Positions 9,276 to 19,160 of a stretch of DNA of 64,000 nucleotides are shown here, piece after piece; the first letter of the stretch is position 1, and each line of letters starts with the position of its first letter. A model generated the notes under the pieces. That model saw nothing but the letters and a program-made list of their open reading frames with translations, searched no databases and had not been told where the DNA came from. The stretch is from Ferroplasma sp. (lineage in GTDB: Archaea; Thermoplasmatota; Thermoplasmata; Thermoplasmatales; Thermoplasmataceae), in assembly GCF_031200575.1 (NCBI RefSeq), contig NZ_CP133597.1:1732571-1796570 (forward strand), read 5' to 3'. A program made the position numbers and the translations under genes.

Positions 9276-10904
9276 TTAATAATCTCCACCCTGTGGCATT
9301 CCGCCAGGTGAGCCGCCCTTGGATGACTTTGTTGCTATGACGTCGTCTATCCTCAGTATCATTACTGCTGCCTCAGTGGCGGCCTCAACTGCCTGCTTGC
9401 CAACCCTTATAGGCTCTATGACACCGGTTTTCTCCATGTCTTCCACATTTCCTGAAAAGACGTTTATACCGTATGTTTTCTTTCCATTGGCATGCTCACT
9501 CCTTATTCTTATAAGGACGTCTATGGGGTCAAGGCCTGCATTCTCTGAAAGGGCCCTGGGAATTTCTTCCATGGCATCTGCAAACTTTTCAATGGCAAGC
9601 TGCTGCCTTCCACCTACCTTGGATGCGTAGTTTCTCAGGTTGAATGCAATTTCCTCTGCAGCTGATCCGCCGCCTGTTACATAGGCACCATCCTCTACTG
9701 CAGCTGCAACTACGTGAAGGGAGTCTGTTAATGATCTTTCTATTTCATCTGCAACGTGGTCTGTTCCTGCCCTTATTAACAGGCTGATAGCCTTCGGATT
9801 CTTGCTGCCTGTGATGAAAGTCATATAGTCGTCACTAACCTTTCTTTCCTCTACTGTTGCTGCTATTCCAAGGTCTGATGCAGTAATTTCCTCCAGTGAA
9901 GATACTATGGCTGCTCCTGTAGCCTTTGCAAGCTTGTCAACATCGCTTTTCTTGACCCTCCTTACTGCGTACATTCCGGCCTTTGCAAGGTAGTGCTGGG
10001 CCATATCGTCTATACCCTTCTGGGTTATAACAACGTTTGCCCCTGTTGCCTTTATTTTATCAACCATTTCCCTGAGGACATCTTCTTCCTGTCCAAGGAA
10101 TTTCTGTATCATTGAAGGATCGCTGATCTGAAGGTTGGTATCAAATTCTGGTTTCTTTATTTCCAGTGCCACATCCAGCAATGCTATCTTTGCATTTTTT
10201 ACAACCTTTGGCATGTTGGGGTGTACCTTTTCCTTGTCCAGTATAATACCATCAATTAACTCGGTCTGGTCAATTTCTCCACTGTTCTTCTTGATTATCT
10301 GAAGATTGTCGAAATCAACAAGGTATTTTCCATCCCTTTCCTCTGCAATGTTCTTTATGGCATTGTATGAGATTTCTCCAAGCAGGTCTTTTTCAACGGA
10401 TGCACTCTTGCTGTTAAGCGAGGTTTTTGCCATTTTAATTAGTACTTCCTTATCCTTCAAGGACACTGGCTTTGATATTTCGTCAAGAACCCTGCTTGCC
10501 TGCACGGCAGCAGTTTTGTATCCCTCTGTTATTACTGTGGGATGCACATTCTGTTTTACAAGAGCCTGTGCCTGATCCAGCAGAGCCCCTGCTATTACCA
10601 CTGCCGTTGTGGTTCCATCGCCGACATAGCTGTCCTGCGTCTTTGAAACCTCAACCATCATTTTTGCAGCAGGATGCTCAACATCCATTTCCTTTAGTAT
10701 TGTGACCCCGTCATTTGTTATAACTATATCTCCAAGGGAGTCAACAAGCATCTTGTCCATTCCCCTAGGTCCAAGTGTGGATCTAATAGATGTTGCTATT
10801 GCCTTTGCAGCATCTATATTCTCGAACATTGCGTCCTTTCCGCTCTCTCTTTTTGTTCCTTCTTTCAGGATAAATATGGGTTGACCACCAATCATGATTA
10901 TCAA
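9276..10904 (-). CDS. ths: thermosome subunit (group II chaperonin)
   Basis: [63 protein letters not shown] and a C-terminal GGMP tail. Confidence 0.95.
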   Translation of the reverse strand: MIIMIGGQPIFILKEGTKRESGKDAMFENIDAAKAIATSIRSTLGPRGMDKMLVDSLGDIVITNDGVTILKEMDVEHPAAKMMVEVSKTQDSYVGDGTTTAVVIAGALLDQAQALVKQNVHPTVITEGYKTAAVQASRVLDEISKPVSLKDKEVLIKMAKTSLNSKSASVEKDLLGEISYNAIKNIAEERDGKYLVDFDNLQIIKKNSGEIDQTELIDGIILDKEKVHPNMPKVVKNAKIALLDVALEIKKPEFDTNLQISDPSMIQKFLGQEEDVLREMVDKIKATGANVVITQKGIDDMAQHYLAKAGMYAVRRVKKSDVDKLAKATGAAIVSSLEEITASDLGIAATVEERKVSDDYMTFITGSKNPKAISLLIRAGTDHVADEIERSLTDSLHVVAAAVEDGAYVTGGGSAAEEIAFNLRNYASKVGGRQQLAIEKFADAMEEIPRALSENAGLDPIDVLIRIRSEHANGKKTYGINVFSGNVEDMEKTGVIEPIRVGKQAVEAATEAAVMILRIDDVIATKSSKGGSPGGMPQGGDY

Positions 10905-10997
10905 GTAAGTAAAAATAAACTTCTATATATAGTTTACTATATTAACTCTAATTATATTATACAGTATAAATAAATATAGATTTATATATAAAAATAA

Positions 10998-13703
10998 CTA
11001 CCAGTACTGCCTGTTTTTTGCGAAATCGGTTTCAGCATTCAGAAGCCTCTTTATCAGGTCTTCCTCATGCAGATATGATACCTCAAGTATCCGGGATGCA
11101 ACTTCTGGCCCCACCCCTCTGGCGGCCATTACCATTATTGCCGTTATGCCATGCTCCCTGACAAGATGCGCATTTTTGACAAGCCTGCGCCTGGTTTTTT
11201 CGTCTATTTTTTTAGATATTGATTCCTCATCAAATTTGGATACCGATGCCACAAGCCTCGAATGGCATATCGGGCACTGTATATCTGTTATGTCCTTTAT
11301 TTTTCTGGTTCTCTTATTTCCACATGATGTGCAGTAAAGGATAACCTCCTCATTCATCAATCTCTTTTTGATTGAGTCAAGTATGGTCTTTGTTGGTTTC
11401 AGTGGCATGACCCTTTCGGAGTAATGTGAAAGGAATATATTAGAGGACTCTGATATTTTATTCTTTAGTGTAAAATTTGATTCCCCTAGACTTTCCAGAT
11501 ACTTTCTCAGTACTTCTATATCCATATAATCGAATATTAATTTCCTGATTGAATCCTCATATACAACTGTGTTATAATAAGAATCCACTATCTTCTCGAA
11601 CCGTATCCGTGTTATGTCTGCCTCATTTGTAATAATCCCAAATTTCCTTGCCTCATAGAGAAATACATTGTTGAAAAACCGCGACCTTCTGGCAGATGAT
11701 TTTACATAGCCATCCAGATTATTTCTGTCAATATTCATAATAAGGTTTTTTATGTCCTCTGCTGAAATGTTTCTGGAGACCCGCATATAAATATGATATG
11801 GAGAATAATCCATTTCCACACTTTCCCCCGTTATGGATGTGAGAAGCCCGGAGAGAATCTGGGCAAGTGTAAAGTTGCCCAGGCTGCCCAGGAGAACCTG
11901 TATGACTATTTCAGAATTATGTGCTTCAATTATAATTCTATTCAGTGTGGCCATGTCATTTTTATACCATTCAGCAAGTGCAGCCCTGCCGTTTTCATTT
12001 AGAAAATCAGGGATTATTTTTTTCTCACGATCTGAGGATACGCGGGATGCCGCTTCATAAAGCACCGGAATCTCCTCACCGGTCCAGTGTGGGGCTATGG
12101 CAGCCGTTGCAAATGGCTCAACGTATATTTTGTCATCATCTATCCGGATTGTCCTCCATGTATTCCCCTTCATAACAAAATAGGAACCGGGGGAAACCTC
12201 ATTTATTACATATTTTTCATCCAGTGTTCCTATGAACTGTTTATTTATTACATCAATCACCCGGTAGTTTTTCTCTCCAGCTATCATTGATATATTCTCT
12301 ATGAAGTACTTCAGAACAGGATACCTCCTTATGGCAAAATTTCCATCTATGATTATTTTGCGGGTTTTTGACAGTAATTCCAGAACAGAATAGTAATCCT
12401 CAAATGTTAAATCCCTGAAAGGATAGGCCCCGGTAATAACCTTATAAAAGTAATTATAATCCATTTTCCTTGAAAAATTTAGCTCAAGCATGACCTGATT
12501 GGCAACAGTGGATAGAGAATTTTTCCTGATCATGACATTTTCCAGCTCTCCAGATTTTATATTCCCTACTATTGCCTTTGCCTCCTCCAGTTCTATGACA
12601 TCGTTGCAGATTACTATGCCACATGAAATCTTCTCCAGTGAATGCCCGGCCCTGCCTATGCGCTGAATCATCTTGTTAATCTGCCTGGGAGAGTTAAACT
12701 GAACAACCATATCGGCTGATCCCACATCTATGCCCAGTTCCAGAGATGATGTGCATATGAGAGCCTTTACACGGTTTTCCTTGAAATCTGATTCAGCAGT
12801 TTCCCTTGTTTCCTTAGACAGTGACCCGTGATGCACCTCTATATCAGGATTTTTCAGCCACAGCTTCATCCTGAATGATATGTCCTCGGCAACGTATCTT
12901 CTGTTTACAAAAACTATTGTTCCGGTATTTTCCTCCACTATGGAGTGGATTTTCTCTATTGATCCTGCGTACTGTGGATCGCATGCCATAATTTCGGCTG
13001 TTTCCTCATCACTCGTTTCCGGCATTATCACCTGTATATCCATTTTCTTGTCTATAATGGGCTTCAGTATTTTGCATTCCTTTGATGGTGAAATAAAAAG
13101 TGCCAGTTCATTTTCATTTCTTGCCGTAGCAGAGAGGCCAATAACCTGGAAATTCCCTGCAAGCACCTTTAAGCGCTCCATGGCTATGGCAAACTGGGAT
13201 CCACGCTCGTTCTGCGCCATTTCATGAACCTCATCAACTATTACATACCTTATATTCTTTATATGCTCCCTGAGCCGTTTGCCCATCATGAGGAGCTGGA
13301 GAGATTCAGGCGTTGTAATAAGTATCTGCGCCGGGTTTTTTGATATTTCATTCTTCTGTGCCTGTGTTATGTCGCTGTGCCTCACCTGTACACGCATGCC
13401 AAGTGTATTGCAGTAATCAAAAAGCCTGGATAGCATATCCCTGTTAAGTGCCCTGAGTGGCGTTATGTAAAGAAGTGCTATGGATTGGGGTTTATCAATA
13501 TATATTCTGTTTAAAACAGGGAGAACAGCAGCTTCGGTTTTGCCAGAACCGGTAGGGGATATCAAAAGCACATTTTCTCCAGAGAGTATTTCAGGTATTG
13601 CGAGCTTCTGTGCCTCTGTTGGAACCAGTATTCCGTTTCTGGCCACACTATCTTTAAGTGCGGGGTCAAGCATATCGAAAACATTTTCTCCCTGTGCTGA
13701 CAT
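10998..13703 (-). CDS. lhr: Lhr-like large ATP-dependent SF2 helicase
   Basis: 901 aa. Motif I SPTGSGKTEA, motif II VDEVHE, SAT motif LSATA, motif VI QRIGRAGH, and a C-terminal Zn-ribbon CTSCGN...CPICHS. Confidence 0.85.
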   Translation of the reverse strand: MSAQGENVFDMLDPALKDSVARNGILVPTEAQKLAIPEILSGENVLLISPTGSGKTEAAVLPVLNRIYIDKPQSIALLYITPLRALNRDMLSRLFDYCNTLGMRVQVRHSDITQAQKNEISKNPAQILITTPESLQLLMMGKRLREHIKNIRYVIVDEVHEMAQNERGSQFAIAMERLKVLAGNFQVIGLSATARNENELALFISPSKECKILKPIIDKKMDIQVIMPETSDEETAEIMACDPQYAGSIEKIHSIVEENTGTIVFVNRRYVAEDISFRMKLWLKNPDIEVHHGSLSKETRETAESDFKENRVKALICTSSLELGIDVGSADMVVQFNSPRQINKMIQRIGRAGHSLEKISCGIVICNDVIELEEAKAIVGNIKSGELENVMIRKNSLSTVANQVMLELNFSRKMDYNYFYKVITGAYPFRDLTFEDYYSVLELLSKTRKIIIDGNFAIRRYPVLKYFIENISMIAGEKNYRVIDVINKQFIGTLDEKYVINEVSPGSYFVMKGNTWRTIRIDDDKIYVEPFATAAIAPHWTGEEIPVLYEAASRVSSDREKKIIPDFLNENGRAALAEWYKNDMATLNRIIIEAHNSEIVIQVLLGSLGNFTLAQILSGLLTSITGESVEMDYSPYHIYMRVSRNISAEDIKNLIMNIDRNNLDGYVKSSARRSRFFNNVFLYEARKFGIITNEADITRIRFEKIVDSYYNTVVYEDSIRKLIFDYMDIEVLRKYLESLGESNFTLKNKISESSNIFLSHYSERVMPLKPTKTILDSIKKRLMNEEVILYCTSCGNKRTRKIKDITDIQCPICHSRLVASVSKFDEESISKKIDEKTRRRLVKNAHLVREHGITAIMVMAARGVGPEVASRILEVSYLHEEDLIKRLLNAETDFAKNRQYW

Positions 13704-13789
13704 TGTTCTATTCCAATAACAGGATATTATTTAAAATATTTCAGTTATGAAAGTGTGGGACACTATTCCTCGTCCTTTGTTATTACTAA

Positions 13790-13927
13790 TTAAACCTTCC
13801 TGCCAAGGAACTCCTTGGGGCAGTCAAGCTTTGCCCCTGACCCGAACTTTGTAACCTTTCTTTTTATGACACCATAGAATCCCTTTACTGTGAACTCTGT
13901 TGTCTCCTCAATCTTTACATTGTTCAT
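13790..13927 (-). CDS. small AbrB/SpoVT-like, DUF2080-type transposon-associated protein (45 aa)
   Basis: Hand-translated: MNNVKIEETTEFTVKGFYGVIKRKVTKFGSGAKLDCPKEFLGRKV. The ...G.GAKL.CPKEFLGRKV ending resembles the 'putative transposon-encoded protein' family. It is below the ORF-track length cutoff. Confidence 0.4.
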   Translation of the reverse strand: MNNVKIEETTEFTVKGFYGVIKRKVTKFGSGAKLDCPKEFLGRKV

Positions 13928-13961
13928 AGTAATGTATATATACATTGTATATAACTATCTA

Positions 13962-14996
13962 ATGGGAAATGTTACCGGTGATGAGATACATTATAAGCTG
14001 GAGGAAATAAAAAAATATTATTGGGAAGCAGTATGCCCTGGAACATCCGGGAAAGGAAAGGGACTGGAAAAACTATGAGAGGAGATTCTAAGATAGGATA
14101 AAGGCGGCAATGAGGGGGCTTGAGCCACTGGTCAATAAGACAGTATCAGCAATGCATACAGCACAATGCCATACACACTCACTATCACTGGAACAGAGGA
14201 TAAAAGTATTATTGATCAGGCAGCTTGCTGGCAAATCCAGCAGGATGTTTACAAATATGCTTGCAATATTCTCCATGGTCTCCGGAATATATGTATAATA
14301 CAAGACCATTGAGAGGCTATATTCTGATGATGGGGTAATTCTTGCAATGCATAATCTCAATGTGCTGATATTAGGGGAAAAGGATATTAATAATTCAAAT
14401 GCAACAGGTGATGGCCGGGCTATGGCCTTACTGTAAAAATGAACTACGAATCATATTCACAGAAGCTGAAAGATATGGCAAAGGAGAGTCCTGAAAACAG
14501 GAAGGAGAATGGCAAAACCAAGAATGCAAGGGATCATAAGAATAGACTCTTTGCATATTCATTCAATATAATGGATCTTGAAACCAGAATGTATATAGCC
14601 ATTGGAACGCCCATGAAATCTGGAAGGCAGGCATATGACAGGACCATAATGATGCTTGGAGCCACCCATATTGAAATGGAATCAATCAGGCTGGACAGGT
14701 ACTATCCATTCCCATCATACATGGATAGTTTAGGCAGTACAAAGGTTTACATCATTCCAGAGAAGAATTCAACACTTAATGGTTCGAAGAAATGGAAGAA
14801 TACAATGAGGGAGTTTGTTGAGAATACCATTCCATACCTGGAAGAGTACCACCAGAGAAGCAATTCAGAATCAGGATTTGCAGCTGATAAGAAGATGCTT
14901 GGATGGAATGTGGCAGAGAAAAGGAATGACAGAATATACAGTGCATTATTCTGCACAGGCACATGGCATAATGTGCTCAATATGGGCAGGTTATAG
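13962..14996 (+). pseudogene. DDE transposase pseudogene (Y-x2-R-x3-E-x6-K signature)
   Basis: The C-terminal ORF 14439-14996 carries YHQRSNSESGFAADKK, an exact YREK spacing. The upstream homologous frame (WKNYERRF / RIKAAMRGLEPLV / ...ATGDG) is interrupted by in-frame TAA at 14089-14091 and 14296-14298 and TAA/TGA at 14434-14442. There is a frame change near 14417, inside the ATGDG-GYGLTVK region. Confidence 0.6.
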
Positions 14997-15288
14997 AATA
15001 ATAGTGCCCCAGACTAGCTGTTAAAGAAATACATAAATATAGAGGTTGATTGAGGATAATGGTAAAGGGTCATTTGAATTTACAGTGAAAGTATTACACT
15101 ATCTGTATAAATAGCAGGAATGGAAATATCAGTACAGTTTAGTCTGATGCATTTTCAATTTAACCCTGCAGGTACTAAATAAATATCCAAATTTTTCATC
15201 CTCTATTACACTTTCATGTGGGTTAATGGATAAATATGCAAATTACCGCATCTGAAATATATGCTCGTCTTCAAAAGCCCCACTGCTC

Positions 15289-15519
15289 CTAAATCCATAG
15301 ACCATCTTCTCTATGAGTGATTTGAGTTGATCCCTCCGCACCTGCATTTGTGATTTTGTGTACGAAATAGTTCTTTATCCTTTCCATCTCATCCTCTGTG
15401 GGAAACCATGCCTCGGGCGTCCTTGCCTCCTTGAGGTGCAGTGGTGAAACATCCAGGTTCCTGTACCTTATCCACACCCTCAAGTCCTTGAATTCATGGT
15501 TGAGTGCACCTGCATGCAA
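15289..15519 (-). CDS. orphan 76-aa ORF, possibly a gene fragment (non-ATG start)
   Basis: No ATG start. KEARTPEAWFPTEDEMERIKNYF is faintly reminiscent of the N-terminal region of tyrosine recombinases, but no catalytic part follows. It lies between the IS remnant and the surface-protein array. Confidence 0.2.
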   Translation of the reverse strand: MHAGALNHEFKDLRVWIRYRNLDVSPLHLKEARTPEAWFPTEDEMERIKNYFVHKITNAGAEGSTQITHREDGLWI

Positions 15520-15582
15520 AATTTAAGCTGCCATTTATTAACATTATCATAGATAAAATACAATACATAGAAATATTTAAAT

Positions 15583-15612
15583 ATTAATTATTATTATAAT
15601 TATTATTATTAT
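15583..15612. repeat. imperfect ATT/TAT trinucleotide microsatellite abutting a start codon
   Basis: attaattattattataattattattattATG; the repeat runs directly into the ATG at 15611. Confidence 0.8.
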
Positions 15613-17218
15613 GCATAATAGATTTAAAATCTTTATATCCATGGTGGTGGTTGCAATGTTTTTGGGAACGGGGCTTGCATCAGGCAGGGGAACGGCAGAC
15701 AGAACCAGCAGCAATGCAGCCGGGGAACTGTCCCCTGCATTTGGTGAGGTTGTAAATACATGGTCACTGTCAGGGAGAACATGTGCACCATCATCTGCAA
15801 GCTCAGAGAGCACTGTTGCACTGAAAATAGATGTAACATCATTTTCTGAATCATCAGGCGCCGGGCCAACAGTAATGTATTTCGTTGTCAATGGGAAAAG
15901 GATACATTCAACAGATGTTGACGGGACAGGCGTATATACATATAACTGGTCACCTGGATATGCAAACACAACAGTAAACTTCCATGCTGAGTACCTTTCC
16001 GGATCAGAATTTATGGAAAAACCATCTATGCACTATGCTGAAAGAAGGCCCATGGTATTCTTCAGGAATTCATACTCCACATTAGGGAATTCAGACATAT
16101 ACATAACATGGCTGCAGGACTGCCACAGGTATATGGGATATGATGGAAATAAAGTGATATACCTGTCCAATGCATGCCAGCCCACAGAAAATATATACGG
16201 AAACATAAGCCTCCCAGGTGCCGAATCCTCCGGCACACTTTCAGGCGGCATATGCAAAAATATCATTATCGGCAACGAATCATATACAGAATTTGAAGGT
16301 GGAGACAAGCTTATCATTGAGGTAAAGGTAGGTGAAACCGGTGCAGGGAAGATAATGTGCTCTTTCAATGCAAAGAGCGGTGAAAGTGAATCCTCATACC
16401 CTGATAAAATGACATTCTCCATAGAGATGTCCGGCAATGGCCCTGAGGTGGATATGCTAGGGCACAGTGGAAATGAATATGGCATGAACATAACATCCAG
16501 CGGTAGGGCAGTTACAGAGGAGAATGATGAGGTGTCACTGATGCTGGATGGCATTTCCCTTGTTCCCGGGGCCGGATATGTGATCACAGGCGGTGAAGCA
16601 TCAATGACAGCATACAACCTTATACACTGCCTGACCTCAAAGGATGTATCATGCAGCAACAATGAGGCAGGGGCTACATTCAACATAACAGGGGGCAACT
16701 ATTCCACGCCACAGGGATCATCATATGTCCGTACCGGGCAGAATGTATACTCAGCTGGCACCTGTGCATATATATGCATTCCCAATTCAGACCTTTCTGT
16801 AAACAGGACACTTACACTAAAATACCAGAATTACTATGTGCAGGGCAGCATACTGCTAGGGCAGAAGGCAGGATCAGAGGCAACAGAGACAATTAATGCA
16901 GTAACAGCGTCTGCAATATACGGATGTGTAAATGAAACAGGTTATACAGGGCCGGATCAGAACATAAATAATCAATCCCTATATATACAGAATGTGAACA
17001 ATGGAGATGTGTATAATGTAGCTATACATCACGGAAGGTACCTATTCTTTGCACAGCCCAATACTGAGTATAAGTTCTATTCACATATTAATGGAAGTTT
17101 TAAGTCTATAAGATTCACAAACCATAATACATCTTATTCAGACGATGCTAAGGAAGTTCAAACACCTAATGCCGGCAACAGTATAAATGTTAATTTCGAT
17201 GCAAGTGATTTCACATGA
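15611..17218 (+). CDS. secreted/surface protein, N-glycosylation-sequon rich, C-terminal CarboxypepD_reg-like beta-sandwich module
   Basis: N-terminal signal-like MHNRFKIFISMVVVAMFLGTGLASG. At least 10 N-x-S/T sequons. The C-terminus AIYGCVNETGYTGPDQ...HHGRYLFFAQPNTEYKFYS is shared with the two downstream paralogues. Confidence 0.7.
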   Translation: MHNRFKIFISMVVVAMFLGTGLASGRGTADRTSSNAAGELSPAFGEVVNTWSLSGRTCAPSSASSESTVALKIDVTSFSESSGAGPTVMYFVVNGKRIHSTDVDGTGVYTYNWSPGYANTTVNFHAEYLSGSEFMEKPSMHYAERRPMVFFRNSYSTLGNSDIYITWLQDCHRYMGYDGNKVIYLSNACQPTENIYGNISLPGAESSGTLSGGICKNIIIGNESYTEFEGGDKLIIEVKVGETGAGKIMCSFNAKSGESESSYPDKMTFSIEMSGNGPEVDMLGHSGNEYGMNITSSGRAVTEENDEVSLMLDGISLVPGAGYVITGGEASMTAYNLIHCLTSKDVSCSNNEAGATFNITGGNYSTPQGSSYVRTGQNVYSAGTCAYICIPNSDLSVNRTLTLKYQNYYVQGSILLGQKAGSEATETINAVTASAIYGCVNETGYTGPDQNINNQSLYIQNVNNGDVYNVAIHHGRYLFFAQPNTEYKFYSHINGSFKSIRFTNHNTSYSDDAKEVQTPNAGNSINVNFDASDFT

Positions 17219-17335
17219 ATCTAAAATCCCATTACAAGATGATAATTGCGATTATAATTGTTGTAATATTAGTATCATCCCTAAGCATATACTTCTATCC
17301 CCATAATGATACAGAGTACTACAACAATGGAAAAA
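17215..17335 (+). repeat. leader cassette copy 1 (about 120 nt)
   Basis: 5 mismatches in the first 100 nt against the copy at 18119. The first 50 nt are identical to the copy at 18949. Confidence 0.85.
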
Positions 17336-18102
17336 GTGTTGATGTAAGATACTTCAGCGGGGAGGAGTACAGATACCATATAAATAATAGATACTATGTA
17401 TCATCACATTCAATAAATAAAAATAAAGTATCATACTTAAATTCAACAATGATAAATTTATTCTATATCGATCTATCTTATGGCAACTATGAATGCCTTC
17501 TATTCAACATGGATATACATATCAGCGGATTAAACAGCAAATATATCTATGTCACTGCAGATGGGAGCAACAATTCACAGTATTTAAAGATATGTGAGAA
17601 TATACATACCTACAATGCAACATGCTATGGCCCATCTGATTATGGTAAGAGCATAATGAAAATACCCACAAACCAGAGCTTGAATAATCTTGGTTTTCAG
17701 GTAACAGGAATAAATACTGATGCGCTAAATGGGAAATATAATTTCACTGTCAAGGTATCTGCAGGTAAATTGTATAATGTATTCTATATTGATACAGTGA
17801 GGGAGAGTGCTGTATACGGTTTTGTAAATGAAACCGGTACAACAGGTGCTGATCAAGGATTGAATAGTGAATTCTTTGCATACGATCTGAACAGTTCAAT
17901 GCTCTATAATATCAATATAACAAATGGCTATTATTATTTATTTACAGTTCCTGGAAATAAATATGAATTCTATTCTTATTATAATAATACAATGAATAGA
18001 ATATTCATAAACAATTCAACAGAGCATAATATCTACACCATGAATGCACCCGAGGGTTCTATGTTTACAAATGTGTATCTTAATACCCTGCTGGGTAAAT
18101 AA
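17215..18102 (+). CDS. membrane-anchored surface protein paralogue A (leader cassette + variable ectodomain + CarboxypepD_reg-like C-terminus)
   Basis: MNLKSHYKMIIAIIIVVILVSSLSIYFYP N-terminal TM anchor, ATGA overlap with the upstream gene, at least 12 N-x-S/T sequons, and C-terminal SAVYGFVNETGTTGADQ...NGYYYLFTVPGNKYEFYS. Confidence 0.7.
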   Translation: MNLKSHYKMIIAIIIVVILVSSLSIYFYPHNDTEYYNNGKSVDVRYFSGEEYRYHINNRYYVSSHSINKNKVSYLNSTMINLFYIDLSYGNYECLLFNMDIHISGLNSKYIYVTADGSNNSQYLKICENIHTYNATCYGPSDYGKSIMKIPTNQSLNNLGFQVTGINTDALNGKYNFTVKVSAGKLYNVFYIDTVRESAVYGFVNETGTTGADQGLNSEFFAYDLNSSMLYNINITNGYYYLFTVPGNKYEFYSYYNNTMNRIFINNSTEHNIYTMNAPEGSMFTNVYLNTLLGK

Positions 18103-18118
18103 ATATTAAGGCATTAAT

Positions 18119-18239
18119 ATGAACCTAAAATCCCATTACAAGATGATAATTGCGATTATAATTGTGGTAATACTAGTATCATCCCTAACTATATACTTCT
18201 ATCCCCATAATGATACAGAGTATTATAATAATGGAAGAA
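18119..18239 (+). repeat. leader cassette copy 2
   Basis: See copy 1. About 95 percent identity over the first 100 nt, while the gene bodies are far more diverged. Confidence 0.85.
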
Positions 18240-18952
18240 GCATTACATTAAGGTACTTCAATAACGACAACACATGGCTCATACCCAATCATTACCATGT
18301 ATCATCATACTATAACAGTGATGGCAGATATGTTTACCTTAATACAAGTGTTGAACCTTTAGCTTATAATATTTCAGCAGAGGACTTCTCATGTGCATGC
18401 ATGCCTGTAAACATGACCGGCAGTACAGTAAATGCAAAATATGTATATGTTACTGTTACAGGAAGCGATACCTGTGTTATCTACGGTGGTCACTACAATG
18501 GCACAGTAAGGAAGAAATATACTGTAAACCAGAATACTGCCAGGCTTAACTACAGCAGCAACATGTGCTTTATTGTAAAGGTTATAGGGATTTATAGTTA
18601 TCTGAATGACAATTATTACAATTATACTGTCAAGGTATCTGCCGGTAAACTGTATGATATATACTATATTGACGCCCAGGAGGAGAGTGCTGTATACGGC
18701 CATGTTGATTATACAGGCACTGGAAACATAGACAGGGCAAATGGCGAGTTTATTATGGAAAACGAAAACAATTCACATATGAATATAGTAGATGTACATA
18801 GTGGATCCTATTATTATTTTGTCCATCCTGATACAGGATACAGAATATACTCAATAAAAAATAGTACATTGAAACAAATAGGGACAATTGGAAATAAAAC
18901 AATATCCAGTGGAGGCAGTAAATGTTATGTAATATACAGTGATGACTTATGA
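18119..18952 (+). CDS. membrane-anchored surface protein paralogue B
   Basis: Same leader MNLKSHYKMIIAIIIVVILVSSLTIYFYPHNDTEYYNNG, at least 10 sequons, conserved block YTVKVSAGKLYDIYYIDAQEESAVYGHVDYTGTG, and C-terminal HSGSYYYFVHPDTGYRIYS. Confidence 0.7.
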   Translation: MNLKSHYKMIIAIIIVVILVSSLTIYFYPHNDTEYYNNGRSITLRYFNNDNTWLIPNHYHVSSYYNSDGRYVYLNTSVEPLAYNISAEDFSCACMPVNMTGSTVNAKYVYVTVTGSDTCVIYGGHYNGTVRKKYTVNQNTARLNYSSNMCFIVKVIGIYSYLNDNYYNYTVKVSAGKLYDIYYIDAQEESAVYGHVDYTGTGNIDRANGEFIMENENNSHMNIVDVHSGSYYYFVHPDTGYRIYSIKNSTLKQIGTIGNKTISSGGSKCYVIYSDDL

Positions 18953-19040
18953 ATCTAAAATCCCATTACAAGATGATAATTGCGATTATAATTGTTGTGA
19001 TATTAGTCTCTAGCATGGCAATTTACTTCTATCCACAAAT
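18949..19040 (+). repeat. leader cassette copy 3 (partial)
   Basis: The first 50 nt are identical to copy 1; identity then decays. Confidence 0.8.
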
Positions 19041-19074
19041 TTCCACTGATCTAATAATGAAATGTTTATATTGA
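18949..19074 (+). pseudogene. truncated third paralogue (leader cassette only, 41 codons)
   Basis: ATGA overlap with the upstream stop. Encodes MNLKSHYKMIIAIIIVVILVSSMAIYFYPQISTDLIMKCLY then a stop; no ectodomain follows. Confidence 0.5.
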
Positions 19075-19160
19075 AAATAGCATTATAATCTATGTGGATG
19101 GAGTTCCACTCAATGCCTCTGTGCTGATAACTCCTGATAGAAACCGAATGGAGTGGTACT

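Larger units (their letters stand above)
13747..15217. mobile_element. decayed insertion sequence (IS4/IS5/ISH3-type DDE transposase remnant plus small accessory ORF); boundaries tentative
   Basis: Contains the broken transposase frames and the DUF2080-like ORF. The only candidate ends I could find are a 10-nt inverted match, ATGAAAGTGT at 13747-13756 and its reverse complement at 15208-15217. Confidence 0.35.

Noticed and set aside
13962-14996. Programmed -1 frameshifting in the IS transposase
   Set aside because: There are at least three in-frame stop codons within a single frame in addition to the frame change. This indicates decay rather than recoding.
15289-15519. Orphan fragment as an SSV-type split integrase half marking an att site
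   Set aside because: No tRNA-like sequence overlaps or flanks it. No second integrase half or direct repeat was found at the other edge of the island, and the similarity to recombinases is very weak.
16033-16698. 221-aa ORF antisense to the first surface-protein gene (together with 15577-15969 and 15633-15869)
   Set aside because: It lies wholly inside a better-supported sense gene that has a signal peptide and a conserved C-terminal module. Its composition is Ser/Pro/Leu-rich, typical of antisense frames, and it has no motif.
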